Virus record (IMG/VR): IMGVR_UViG_3300036949_000060 | Direction: 5' to 3' (one strand) | Origin: an uncultured virus (IMG/VR IMGVR_UViG_3300036949_000060) | Taxonomy: Duplodnaviria > Heunggongvirae > Uroviricota > Caudoviricetes | Length of the DNA stretch: 64,000 nucleotides | In this document: positions 47,368 through 58,080 of the stretch, piece after piece | Layout of the letters: every line of letters starts with the position of its first letter | How positions within the stretch are numbered: the stretch's first letter is position 1 | The notes under the pieces: generated by a model | Databases searched by the model: none | What the model was told of the DNA's origin: nothing | Seen by the model: only the letters and a program-made list of their open reading frames with translations | Translations under genes and position numbers: made by a program

Positions 47368-48295
47368 ATATTGTTGTTTGTTTTGCGGTATCAGTGGCTA
47401 TTCTCTCCTTGATCTCACGGCTCAATTTGTCGTAAGTTCTACGGTTTGTGAATAGCTTTTCATCGGCCACACCGCTATTTCCGTTGCTCGCTGACAGGAC
47501 CGTTTTATTGATGATCGCCACTTCTACAAAATTTTCCGGCATTTCATACTCGGATATATAAATGTTATCCTGTTCTTCCGCCCATTTGTAAAACCTCTGA
47601 TGATCGAAACCGGTATAATTTCCACAATTCGTATCGCAGTAGGGGATATCACAATATATCAGGGAATTATCGGGGATCTCGACAGACTGATAATCAATTC
47701 CGAAAGGGTGCATGTTTTCAAGAGACTTAAGAGATTGCAAAGACTGAAGGGATTGCAGACGTTCTATTTCAATTTGTCTTTCAATAGCTTCATTATCATT
47801 GGACCCCCGTGCTTTAAGCTGCCTCTGATAGTCCAAATATCGGTCATAGACATGCTCTTTTTCGGAAAGGGATAGTTTAATCCCAAACGGCTTTAAAGCA
47901 TCTATATCGCCAAAATACACCGCGTCGTGATAAGCGTGCTTCAATTCCTCGATATTCTTGCCATAGAGATAGTCTTTTCGGTTATTTCCGAAGGACCATA
48001 CCAGCGATATATAGGTATCAGTGCTTTTGAGCCGGTCAAAATCGTCTCTGCTGATCCATTCGGTATGTTTATCAGTCGTATGTAACCCGTAGGCACACTC
48101 AAGAAAAAACTTAGGAAGTGCACCGTCGATATCGTTTGCAACAAACTTTTTCCACTTACCTGACAAGATGGCCCTGTGTGTAACAGCACCGCCGCCAAAG
48201 AATAAATCACAAAAGGTTTCTGCTGCGGGTAAATAGTCGATAATCCACTCGGCTATGCCATTTTTGCTGCCTTTGTATGGTAATCCGTATCTCAT
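47354..48295 (-). CDS. Dam-like (D12 class) adenine methyltransferase
   Basis: PYKGSK, DLFFGGGAV, YCDIPY, ISEY. Confidence 0.8.
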   Translation of the reverse strand: MRYGLPYKGSKNGIAEWIIDYLPAAETFCDLFFGGGAVTHRAILSGKWKKFVANDIDGALPKFFLECAYGLHTTDKHTEWISRDDFDRLKSTDTYISLVWSFGNNRKDYLYGKNIEELKHAYHDAVYFGDIDALKPFGIKLSLSEKEHVYDRYLDYQRQLKARGSNDNEAIERQIEIERLQSLQSLQSLKSLENMHPFGIDYQSVEIPDNSLIYCDIPYCDTNCGNYTGFDHQRFYKWAEEQDNIYISEYEMPENFVEVAIINKTVLSASNGNSGVADEKLFTNRRTYDKLSREIKERIATDTAKQTTIFDFF

Positions 48296-49047
48296 AAATT
48301 TTCGATGTGATTTACAAGCTCCTGTTTTATTCTGCTCTCCGCAACATCAAAATATTTTTTGTCGATCTCTATTCCGTAGAAAAGCCTATCTGATCTCATG
48401 CAAGCCACCCCAACACCACCAACACCCATAAACGGGTCAAGTACATAATCAAAAGGCTCTGAGCTGTTTTCAATAAGAATCTGCATAAGTTCTACGGGTT
48501 TCTCTGTCGGATGCTGCTTATTCCTGATAATATTAGGGACTCTCAGGATGTTCTTTGTGCCTTTATTATTGATATTCTTAGCCTTGCCTTTCCTCAGCAT
48601 AAGGATCAGCTCATAAGAATTAAGATAATATCTATTCGGCAAGGTATTCCCTTTATCCCATACAATCAGGTTTTGAAATATGAATCCGGCTTTTTCTGCC
48701 TCGATCTGCAAGTCTTTACAGTTTCGGGGATTAATCATTATGTAACAATGAGAATTGGGTTTCAAAACCCTATACACTTCCGGCAACCATTCTGAGAACT
48801 TGATCTCGTTATGCTTAAAGAGCTTTCCCTGTCGGGTGTAAGCGATAGAATCTTGATCTTGCGCATCGTCGTTAGCTTTATGCTTTTCAAATATCCCCGA
48901 AGGCTGTGGGTTTCTGCCGATCTTAACTGCGTCATTAGTGCACCCGCCTGATACAATGTGATAAGGGCAATCGGTTACAACCAAGTCAAAAAAGTCGTCG
49001 CGAAAGTCAGCCATAACCTTCAAGCAATCCTCATTATAAAGTGGCAT
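48292..49047 (-). CDS. N4/N6 DNA methyltransferase (beta class)
   Basis: DLVVTDCPY, HPTEKP, LDPFMGVG, GIEID. Confidence 0.85.
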   Translation of the reverse strand: MPLYNEDCLKVMADFRDDFFDLVVTDCPYHIVSGGCTNDAVKIGRNPQPSGIFEKHKANDDAQDQDSIAYTRQGKLFKHNEIKFSEWLPEVYRVLKPNSHCYIMINPRNCKDLQIEAEKAGFIFQNLIVWDKGNTLPNRYYLNSYELILMLRKGKAKNINNKGTKNILRVPNIIRNKQHPTEKPVELMQILIENSSEPFDYVLDPFMGVGGVGVACMRSDRLFYGIEIDKKYFDVAESRIKQELVNHIENL

Positions 49048-49355
49048 TACTGGCCCTCCCTCAATTTATATACTGTAACGGTCTTGCCTGTGAACCGGCA
49101 CTCAGTCTTACCTATCGGCTCAACCTCACCCTTTTGGCAAAGCTCTGTAAGCCTCGGGGCTGTAAAGTTACGCTCAGTAGTCGGAATCCAGCCGAATGAG
49201 TACATAGCCACGGCTATTTCCTTCGCGGTCGCCCCAAGAGGGCAATCCGCAAGGATTTTCTTGATCTGAGCGTAACGCTTTTTCTTATCCACGGTTTCGT
49301 GGGCTTCTGCGCGGGTTTCAAGCGTAATGTCCTGTCCGTACCTTCTCTTAATCAT
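49047..49355 (-). CDS. Winged-HTH protein
   Basis: TAKEIA...RN.TAPRLTEL...G.VE. Confidence 0.6.
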   Translation of the reverse strand: MIKRRYGQDITLETRAEAHETVDKKKRYAQIKKILADCPLGATAKEIAVAMYSFGWIPTTERNFTAPRLTELCQKGEVEPIGKTECRFTGKTVTVYKLREGQ

Positions 49356-49358
49356 AGG

Positions 49359-49850
49359 TTATCCTTTCTTTGTGGCCATTCGGCCGCTTTCTTTCGGCGG
49401 GATCAAAGGCTTAAAAACTGCATCTTTACCATCCCATCCATGGCTTAAACGATATTGAATAGTTCTATCTTTAATGCCGGATATCCTCGCCCACTCTGCT
49501 ATCGTATGACTAACGCCATCTATCTCGACGAATCGGTTTGTGCTTCGATGATTATTTTGAACATTCCAATCCGCCCATCGGCAATTATCAGGGCTATATC
49601 CTTTTGTGGGATCTATTCGGTCAATAGTTAAATCGTCTCTATATCCGTTAGAAAGCGCCCATTCAAAAAAGGCTTTTTTGTCTGTTATCCACTCCTCACA
49701 AACTGTTATTCCCTTCTCGCCGTATTTATGATATCCGACATTCTTAGGATTTCCGCAACGGTCTATCATTGACTTATAAATATTATCAATTCTTGTATGG
49801 GAATAACCGTGCTTATGATAATGGCCGTTTGTTTTGGGGCCTATCTGCAT
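49359..49850 (-). CDS. HNH homing-endonuclease-like protein
   Basis: M..RC.NP....Y..YG..GI.VC.EW...TIDRID...GYSP.NCRWA...Q. Confidence 0.8.
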   Translation of the reverse strand: MQIGPKTNGHYHKHGYSHTRIDNIYKSMIDRCGNPKNVGYHKYGEKGITVCEEWITDKKAFFEWALSNGYRDDLTIDRIDPTKGYSPDNCRWADWNVQNNHRSTNRFVEIDGVSHTIAEWARISGIKDRTIQYRLSHGWDGKDAVFKPLIPPKESGRMATKKG

Positions 49851-49859
49851 AATGGCACC

Positions 49860-50264
49860 TCACGAAAAGGGCAATTCTTCAACGATATCCGCAGCGATAT
49901 TGACAAAATCGGTAACATCGGCTGATCCGGAATTGCTGGACTCTGAGCTGTTCTTAGACTCTGCGAACTCGATTTCCTCTACCATAATGCGGACGTCGTA
50001 TACCTTCTGACCTTCTTTATTGGTATAATTGTTGTTCTGAAGTCTGCCGGTAACTACTACCTTAGTGCCTTTCTTCAGGTATTTTTCAACGAACTCGGCC
50101 TGTTTATTAAAGGAAACGCAATTAAAGAAGTCGGCTTCGGGATCACCCTCTTTTTTGAATTTCCTGTCTACTGCGATAGAGTAGCGGGCGAAAGTGGTTC
50201 CGCTGGTTGATGATGATACTTCCGGCTCACGGGTCAAACGGCCCATCATAATAACCTTATTCAT
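49860..50264 (-). CDS. ssb: Single-stranded DNA-binding protein
   Basis: MNKVI.MGRLT, ADF..C..F, GRLQ, acidic tail ELPF. Confidence 0.92.
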   Translation of the reverse strand: MNKVIMMGRLTREPEVSSSTSGTTFARYSIAVDRKFKKEGDPEADFFNCVSFNKQAEFVEKYLKKGTKVVVTGRLQNNNYTNKEGQKVYDVRIMVEEIEFAESKNSSESSNSGSADVTDFVNIAADIVEELPFS

Positions 50265-50697
50265 GTGCTGCCTCCTGTCCTTTTCCGAAATACTTAACGA
50301 AGGTGTCCCTCTTGATTATCAGGTCATTAAGCTCGTCTCTTTTCTTAGCAATCTCGTCGTCAAACTTCTGCACGACGGTATCTCTTGAAACGATGATCTC
50401 CTCTGCGCTTACGCCGACAATCTCAATGCCCTCAGTATTGGCATTAAAGGGGATAAACTCTATTGTGGGCTTTTCCCAGTAGCTCCCCTCCTTGTAAATT
50501 GCAACCATCATGGTCGGCAGATCCTTAAAATTTGCAAAATCGGTAATCACGCCGGATCTCATTTCGTTCTTGTCGTTTCTCTGATCGAGAACCTTTACGG
50601 AATCTCCAACTTTGAACTCGTCAATTCTGCGGGCTGATCTCATATCAACCTCAAGTTTTACTCCATTGATCTCAATAATTCTCTTATCCTCACTCAT
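50257..50697 (-). CDS. Hypothetical phage protein
   Basis: IEINGVKLEVD.R; coupled ORF. Confidence 0.6.
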   Translation of the reverse strand: MSEDKRIIEINGVKLEVDMRSARRIDEFKVGDSVKVLDQRNDKNEMRSGVITDFANFKDLPTMMVAIYKEGSYWEKPTIEFIPFNANTEGIEIVGVSAEEIIVSRDTVVQKFDDEIAKKRDELNDLIIKRDTFVKYFGKGQEAAHE

Positions 50698-51248
50698 TAT
50701 TTTGCCTCCTGTGCTTTCCTTTTCTTTAAATCCAGCAGCTTGCCTTTGATTGCTGCATAGGTTTTCATGTTAAATCCGGATGCGGTATTTCTCTCGAAAT
50801 AATCCTCAAAGCCTTCATGCCCGCCGAGCTCATTCCAAAGGGCTTCAAGCTCTGCGTAACGGCTGGCCTCGTCAAATTCATCGGTGGTCTCTTTGCCGGA
50901 TTTCTTTTTCTCGATCTTATCATCGGAATCACAAGCGATACCGAGAACGGTTAAAGCCGTGTATCTTCTTGCGTAAGTAAGAGCTGCGCCGTAATCCTGA
51001 GTAGCGTTTGTCTGCTTTCCTTTGGGAACGATGATGCGGGCGCCTCTTATCCAATCCTCGCCGATCTTAGCCTCGATATACTCTACGGGCTGGCCGTCAA
51101 CTATGACGGGTGTTCCGGCGCCGTCCACAAGTGTCGCAACCCTCATGGGTGGTAACTTGATATCCTGTCGAACAAGGTCTGCAAGTGATGTGTAGTTGTA
51201 GTTGTAGCCTTTCGATGCGGCCGCAACCAATTTGGTTTCTTCTGCCAT
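50697..51248 (-). CDS. erf: ERF-family ssDNA annealing protein
   Basis: Y.Y.SLAD...Q..GAALTYARRY....LGI...DD. Confidence 0.85.
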   Translation of the reverse strand: MAEETKLVAAASKGYNYNYTSLADLVRQDIKLPPMRVATLVDGAGTPVIVDGQPVEYIEAKIGEDWIRGARIIVPKGKQTNATQDYGAALTYARRYTALTVLGIACDSDDKIEKKKSGKETTDEFDEASRYAELEALWNELGGHEGFEDYFERNTASGFNMKTYAAIKGKLLDLKKRKAQEAK

Positions 51249-51257
51249 ATACCCTCC

Positions 51258-51779
51258 TTAATATGAAAAACAATGATCTCCCACAATGCAAAGGTCGTTT
51301 GCGAATGAGTGGTAATAACCTTTTGCAAAGTACAGCGGTTTAGGCTGCCAGCCTTCGCAGAACAATTCATAGGCCTTAAGGCACTTCTCGTTAGGTTCTA
51401 ATCCCGTCCTAAACATGGAAGTCTGAAACGCTGATGAAGCCCATTCCTCTGCGGGGGTATGCCCGAATGTCTCACACCGGCATTCAAAGGTATACATTAC
51501 CCATAGCATACCGATTACATCCTCGCCTTCTGCCTCTCTCATGCAAATATCGAGATAATACCAGCTATCTTCATCGGATATTGTGCGGTAAAATTCCGGC
51601 TCAACTTCTATATAGATGGTTTCGGTGATGATTTCCGGCTCCTTCTCTATGTAAACATACTGAATTTCAGGTTCAGCCGTTTCATAATGGAAGTTATGAG
51701 CCTGATAAGACCCGTAGGCGGCTATTCCTACGGCTATGCCGACAAGCATTGAAAACAGACATAAGACAGTGTGTTTCAT
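51258..51779 (-). CDS. Membrane-anchored, diverged SleB-like hydrolase
   Basis: N-terminal half closely matches 13984-14523; REAEGE retained. Confidence 0.7.
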   Translation of the reverse strand: MKHTVLCLFSMLVGIAVGIAAYGSYQAHNFHYETAEPEIQYVYIEKEPEIITETIYIEVEPEFYRTISDEDSWYYLDICMREAEGEDVIGMLWVMYTFECRCETFGHTPAEEWASSAFQTSMFRTGLEPNEKCLKAYELFCEGWQPKPLYFAKGYYHSFANDLCIVGDHCFSY

Positions 51780-51994
51780 TATTCCTCCTCATTATAGAAA
51801 ATCTCTTTTTCTTCCTCGTCCGTTACGTCGGGGAACAGTTCGCGGAATCTCCTGATCTCAAAAGCCGTGAATTTGTGGGTGTTTCCAATCTTATTGTATA
51901 AAGACTGGGATGACATTCCCATAAAAGCTGCAACTACATAAATCTTTTTTCCGTTGCGCTTAACTACGGCCATGAACTTTTCACGGTCTGTCAT
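51779..51994 (-). CDS. Cro-like HTH protein
   Basis: VA..MGMS.QSLYNKI....F...EI. Confidence 0.75.
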   Translation of the reverse strand: MTDREKFMAVVKRNGKKIYVVAAFMGMSSQSLYNKIGNTHKFTAFEIRRFRELFPDVTDEEEKEIFYNEEE

Positions 51995-52033
51995 TTTCTC
52001 ACTCCTTTCCGTATTTATTCAAGAACTGATTGT

Positions 52034-52110
52034 ATAGTACACCTGTGGAATATATTTGTCAAATATTTTTTACAAAAGTTGTTTACATTTAAAAAAATGT
52101 GTTTTATTAT
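52034..52110. promoter_or_regulatory. Divergent sigma-A-type promoters (cro leftward, int rightward)
   Basis: Minus strand TTGACA-17-TACTAT; plus strand TTTACA-17-TATTAT. Confidence 0.7.
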
Positions 52111-52148
52111 ATGAATGCAAACAACCACATAAAGAAAGGAGAATGAGC

Positions 52149-53234
52149 ATGTGGATCACGAGTAAGGGACTGGCTCAGGAAAGCGTCGTAGACCCGCGTA
52201 CAGGCATGAAAAAGATTGTGTCGGTAAAAGTATCGGGCACGGGCAAAAAGGCTGAGCAAGAGGCATTTAAACGGCTTGAAAAGAAGATAGAGCAGATGGG
52301 CGATACCCGTACCCTCTTATCTAAATTGATAGAGGACTACGAAAAGGATATGGAACGCTCAACTAAGCCGTCCACCCAAAGAAAGGTCAGCATTGAGCTC
52401 GGGATGTTCTTATCTATATACGGTGATTGTTATATTGAAACAATCAATTCCGGCTTGATCCGACAGAAATTACAGGCCTCGGGTAAATCTAATCGTACTT
52501 TAAACGGATATTTGAAGCACTTTAAGGCGATGTGGCGTTGGGCCTATCAGAACGACTACATTAAGAATACGGAGGTTGCGGACAAACTCAAGCCGTTCGC
52601 AGATACACCCGAAAAAGAGCGCATTCAGGACAAGTACCTTGAAACCGAGGAGATCACAAAATTATTCGACGCCATGAATAATAGGAGATATTTTCTTTTG
52701 AGCCGTTTCTTATTGTTATCCGGAATGAGAGTCGGAGAAGCCATCGCACTTGAGCGCAGTGACATTTCTGATTCAACCATAAAGATCAGTAAGACTTACG
52801 ACCCGAACAATAATATAGTGACAGCTCCTAAGACTTTCGATTCTAAGAGAGAGATATTCATACAGGACGAATTGAGGGCTTGCATATACGATATTGATGA
52901 TTATCTGCTCTATTACAAATACAAATATGGCGACGGCTGCGCCCCTTCATCAGACTTGTTTTTCCCTGACGGCGACGGATCATACATATCATATCAGGCT
53001 TATTCCAAATATATCCGCGAATTGTCCGAGAAAGTCTTAGGCAGACGCGTGACCCCTCATATATTCAGGCACACGCACGTCAGTATATTGGCCTCGGTAA
53101 TGAGCCTCGATAGTATAGCTGCAAGGTTGGGCCATGCGGATTCCAAAGTCACAAAGGACATTTACTTGCATAGAACGGCTGAACTCAAAGAAAGAGAAAA
53201 CCAGCAGCTTAATCAGATACATTTCATCCAGTAG
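52149..53234 (+). CDS. int: Tyrosine integrase, intact
   Basis: Catalytic residues in SGMRVGE, PKT, HIFRH, LGH and IY. Confidence 0.92.
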   Translation: MWITSKGLAQESVVDPRTGMKKIVSVKVSGTGKKAEQEAFKRLEKKIEQMGDTRTLLSKLIEDYEKDMERSTKPSTQRKVSIELGMFLSIYGDCYIETINSGLIRQKLQASGKSNRTLNGYLKHFKAMWRWAYQNDYIKNTEVADKLKPFADTPEKERIQDKYLETEEITKLFDAMNNRRYFLLSRFLLLSGMRVGEAIALERSDISDSTIKISKTYDPNNNIVTAPKTFDSKREIFIQDELRACIYDIDDYLLYYKYKYGDGCAPSSDLFFPDGDGSYISYQAYSKYIRELSEKVLGRRVTPHIFRHTHVSILASVMSLDSIAARLGHADSKVTKDIYLHRTAELKERENQQLNQIHFIQ

Positions 53235-53245
53235 AAAGGAAAACT

Positions 53246-56200
53246 ATGAAAATCAAGTGTGGAAGAAAAGAATACGACGTACATATCGGCGACGAGATCA
53301 TGTTTAATAGTGTAATATATATCCTTATGATTCCGGAAAAGCCGGTTATCAGCAAGGCACTTTTCAAGAAGCTTGTCAGGGAGGGTGTGATTGTAAAGAA
53401 AGGGCATTTCACTTACTGCACCCGCTACACCACAACGCGTTATGACAAATTTGTGTTTGTAAAGGAGGAGTTTGATATATGAGCAGAGTTACCATAGGCG
53501 AAATAACAGAGGACTTATTACCATTCACCGAGAAAGGCAACAAGGTGATTATGGTTGAGATCGTGCCGAGGAAGATAGTAGAGGATATTATACAGTTTTG
53601 TGAGGACGATATAAAGGGGTTTGATAGAAAGCTGGGTGTTCCAGCTTTGTCCGACCGCAACGCGCAGAGAACACTTGCCAAAAGAGAGTACGCATACCAG
53701 CTTATGAACTTTGCATGCGGCAAGCTGTTGGAATTTGAGGGGGGTGAGTGAATGAGCGACTATTCAAATTGGGAATACAGCAGAGATATAACTTGCCCTT
53801 ATTGTGGCAAGGAATACACGCCCGAATACGAAATGATGATAGGCGAAGATCCAATAGACGTATACGAGGAAGAACCGCAAGAATGTACTTGTGCTGAATG
53901 TGGTAAGAGGTTCCTCATTACTCCCGAATTGGAATGGTATTACAACACTCAAACCATTGACGGAGAAATGACAGAGGAAGAACACGAAGAAAAATACGGT
54001 TAAGGGGATAAAGACGAATGACAAGAGAAGAATATATAGACTTTGCCAATGCCTTGAAGAACAATTACACGATTGACTTTGACAAGCTGCCTGAGTTTTG
54101 CGATATGGCTATATCAGCCTTAAAGGGTGGGTGGATTCCGATAGAAGAAAGAAAGCCCCACAAATATGGTAATTACTATGTGACCATTGAAAAATCTTAT
54201 GGAGCTTTTGTTGAAGAAGCATGGTTCGGAATGGTGGACGGTGAAGAACAATTTATTCAAGGTGCATGGATACCCTCAAATATCACCGCATGGCGAGAGG
54301 ATATTGAACCCTACAAGAAAGGAGAATAAGGCATGGACTTGATAAGCAGAGAAGCCGTAGCCAACTACGTTGACAATATGCCGAGTGAATTAACCGAAGA
54401 TGGCAGAAGAATGATTCGGCAGATAAGGGTTAAAGAATTTATAGCAGATTGTTCTTCTGCCTTTGAGGGAATGACTAACGGAGAAGTGATAATAAGCCTT
54501 TATCCCAACCTCAAATATACTATTCAGAACGGCAGAGTAGTAACGACAATAGGCGTGGCAAGTAGTTTTGATTTGGATTGGTGGAACACACCCTACAAGG
54601 CAGAGAGAGGAGAAATAAGATGAACACTCCAGAGGAACGCATAAGCTATTCCGTGATATGTGATAAACAACCAAATCCATGTGTATATCACTCAACATAT
54701 AAAGAAGCTGTTAAATGGGCTAAGTTGAATCAGCCTAATTACAGACCGTATTACATTGTCGAGCGTGTTGAACATTTTGAGATATGTGGAGTAGTTAAGA
54801 GAGGTGAGTGAATGAGAAACAGATATGAGGGAATTTGTTATAAATGTGGTTGTCATGTGCCTGTAGGATTCGGCTTTTTTGAAAGATATAAAGGTTCATG
54901 GAGGGTACAATGCGTGAAATGCTGTGATGGGCGTGATGTTAAGGAAACAGACAAGGAAGTATTAAGAGCAAAGAGAATGAGGGGTGAGTAAATGAGCGAC
55001 ATTACAAGAGAAGAAGTAATAGAAAATCTTGAATATCAGAATGAAAAATTCTTTGGCGGTCAGAGTGAAGCGTTGAAGATGGCTATATCGGCTTTATCAG
55101 AGAACAAGGGAGACTTAATCAGCAGACAGGCGATTGAGGAAATAAAAAGCGAAATACCCAAAATCCATGAATTGTTTGATATCGCATACGAATACAACAA
55201 AGAGGATTCCACAAGAACCGAGCTGTCGCAAAAGTGTACCACTTATCTCTTGGATGTGTGGCAAACATTAGGTGCTATCGTGGATAATTTTCCGTCCGTA
55301 GAGAAACAGGGAGAGTGGATAAAAACAAAAGACCAATATGAAACTTATCACTTTACGTGTTCTAAATGTGGTAATGACATAGCGACAAAGTCAGATGCTT
55401 GGAATGATAATTTTTGTTCCGAGTGCGGAGCAGATATGAGAGGTGAAACATGACAAGAGAAGAAGCCGTGATAATTCTTGATGGATTTAAGAATAATCCA
55501 TTGTTCAGCGATACTCACGCACAGGCACTTGATATGGCTATTGCAAGTCTAAAAACAGACGAAGCATATCAGTTGGAATATGAGAATAGAGATTTTGTTG
55601 AGATACCAAAAGGTATGACTAACGGAGAAGTGATACAAGCATTGTTTCCAAATCCACACATAGAAACAAAATCACATACAGTATGGGTTGGATATGACGG
55701 TATGAGTTTTACGCGTGAGTGGTGGAACGCACCTTATCAGAAAGGCGGGGAAACAGAATGACTAAAGAGAATCCTTGTTATCATTGTTACATAGGAGCGA
55801 CAGGACAGTGCTATATGACACGTTGTGAATATCAGCATGAGCCATGGAGTCAAGACGTAGAGTGTAAATATATTGAGGACGAGCCGAGGGAAAGTGAGGT
55901 AAAGCCGAATGAGTGAAAAAATGTATGAAAGCTGTCTTATTGATGAAGTTGTCGTAATGTTTTTGAAGCACATTCGTCCCGATGGAGATATCTCTTACTT
56001 TACCCACGAAGAAGTAGAGAGACTGAAACAAATAAAAGAACTACTTGAATGTGAGAGGAGATAAAACTGAATGAGTGAAACAGTAAAGCTAATCATAGAG
56101 ATACCCAAAGACCGCTACACCGACATATTGAGAATAGCAGATGTTCAGATAATCAGACGAATGCCAACGCTTGAACAAGTCGTAGCACACGGAATACCGC

Positions 56201-57066
56201 TTGATGATATCGACAGTGACGAAACAAGAGCCTACTTTGACGGACAGGCTTACGGTTGGGAACAGGGAAGAAAAGCCTTGATTGATGATGTAAAGGCAGA
56301 GATAGAAACCAACTTAAGCTGGGATATGTTTGACGAGTACGGAAACGAAACAGGGTTGCACAAAGAACTTATGGAGATTCTTGACAACATAGGCAAGGAG
56401 GATAAGGAATGACTAAAAGAGATTACCGAGAGAAAGACGTTAAAGGAATGATATTTGATGTTACAAGACCGCTTCCGAAGCCTTGCACCGTGACTGTCAG
56501 AATGACAAGTGACAAGAAAGGGCAGAGTTTATCTTTATCGGCTTATAACATTCAGCTTATAATTCCACTTGAAGCCGTGAGAGATATTATCCGAGTGGTT
56601 GAGAAAGGGGACAGCAAATGATTATAGCCGTAGAAGATAAAAGCTATCGTTGCAAGGATTGTGATTCATTCAGCCAATGCAAATACTATCATCACCGCAG
56701 ACCCGACTCACATATCTGCAAAGAGTTTAGAAACGATTGGCGACAGCGTGATGTGCTTGACAAGATATCCGCAGAGATAAAAGAACTTGACGAGGGCATT
56801 ACAAGTTATCACAACGATAAGCCGTGGTTATACAAGTCAGAGGTTTTGGAGATCGTCGAGAAGTATAAGGGGGGCAGCAAATGAACTTTGGAACCGGCAA
56901 ACACAATTTTGGCTATATCCCTGATCCACCTGAGACAGAATTTTGTTGTGATGCAGAGAAAGACGAAACTCTTTGCGAGTCATGCGTGTTTTATGAGGTA
57001 TCTCATGGGATTCCGATGTGTTGTGGAAATGAATATAAAGAGAATGAAAAGAGCCCTCGTACCTAA
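53246..57066 (+). other. Array of ~15 small translationally coupled hypothetical ORFs
   Basis: Consecutive RBS-led ORFs such as 53479-53751, 53752-54003, 54018-54329, 54333-54623, 54992-55453, 55450-55761, 56071-56412 and 56618-56884. Confidence 0.75.
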
Positions 57067-57082
57067 GTACGGGGGCCTTTTT
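57048..57082. terminator. Bidirectional intrinsic terminator
   Basis: GCCCTCGTAC-CTAA-GTACGGGGGC flanked by A and T tracts. Confidence 0.75.
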
Positions 57083-57152
57083 CAATGAGTAAGGTAGGCT
57101 TCTGCATTCGCTGTTCGTGATTATTGTAGCATTTCACTTACCGGAATGCAAC

Positions 57153-57599
57153 CTACATTTCATTTGCAATCTGCTGTAACTTCTGCTTGATCTGATCGTT
57201 GGGCGCGTCATTCATAAGCTGGGTCAGCTCGGATTCAAAGTCGCCTTCCATGCTGTACCCATCGTCCATGCTGTAATCGTCCATGCTATATCCGTCGCGC
57301 GGATAGCGATCTCTTGAGTATCTATCCCTTGAATATCTACCCATGCTGTCACGTCTCGCATTACGACCTCTACCTCTTGCCTCGGAATAACCGCCATCGC
57401 GGGAATAATAACGATTGCGAGAATAGCCATCCATGCTATATCCGCCATTCATCATTTCTTCAGACTTGAGGAGATTCTTTTTTGCATGAGCGAGAGTGTC
57501 CATATACTGAACCTCAGTCATAGAGAGCTTTCCGCCCTTTTCTGCCTTGCGCTCAAGATCGTCGAGCTCGTCACAGATAAATTCTATGAGTTTGTGCAT
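57153..57599 (-). CDS. Low-complexity R/G/Y/S/D-repeat protein
   Basis: Helical ends flank repeated GYS/YSRD/YSMD units. Confidence 0.8.
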   Translation of the reverse strand: MHKLIEFICDELDDLERKAEKGGKLSMTEVQYMDTLAHAKKNLLKSEEMMNGGYSMDGYSRNRYYSRDGGYSEARGRGRNARRDSMGRYSRDRYSRDRYPRDGYSMDDYSMDDGYSMEGDFESELTQLMNDAPNDQIKQKLQQIANEM

Positions 57600-57613
57600 A
57601 GCGTTCTCCTTTC

Positions 57614-58069
57614 TCACGCTGTTCTCTCAACAGTAATAGAAGCACCTCTTCTAACTGTGATTGAAGGTGTTGGTGTAGTGGTAGGATCATCTTCTGTGCC
57701 ATCGAAGTAAATTCCCGACACAGAGACACAACAGCCACAAGGAACTGTAACGGGAATCTCGGTGTTGATATGTCCGTATTCCTCAACAGCCTGTGGCGTG
57801 AAGATTGCTATGCTTTCGGGGACTATCACACCATTTATCGTGATTCCGATAGCAATGGGAGTGACCTCGCCACCCTCGGGAATCTGAACATTCGCCTGTA
57901 CCCTTACATTGTATCTTGCGAATCTGCCGGATGTGCTACCTTTCAGATTAAGAACCCCTACCGCAAGAGGAACTACATTTCCTGTGTTGCAAGGGATAGA
58001 AACCGCGCTGAATGGTATCGTGCCATTAAGGGCAACTAACGCATCGCTCGTTGTTACATATTCTGCCAT
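57614..58069 (-). CDS. Beta-sandwich protein (BclA-C/TNF-like) with CGCC
   Basis: All-beta pattern IPF...G...L...YNV...ANV...I.I.ING; VPCGCC. Confidence 0.6.
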   Translation of the reverse strand: MAEYVTTSDALVALNGTIPFSAVSIPCNTGNVVPLAVGVLNLKGSTSGRFARYNVRVQANVQIPEGGEVTPIAIGITINGVIVPESIAIFTPQAVEEYGHINTEIPVTVPCGCCVSVSGIYFDGTEDDPTTTPTPSITVRRGASITVERTA

Positions 58070-58080
58070 AGCACACCTCC

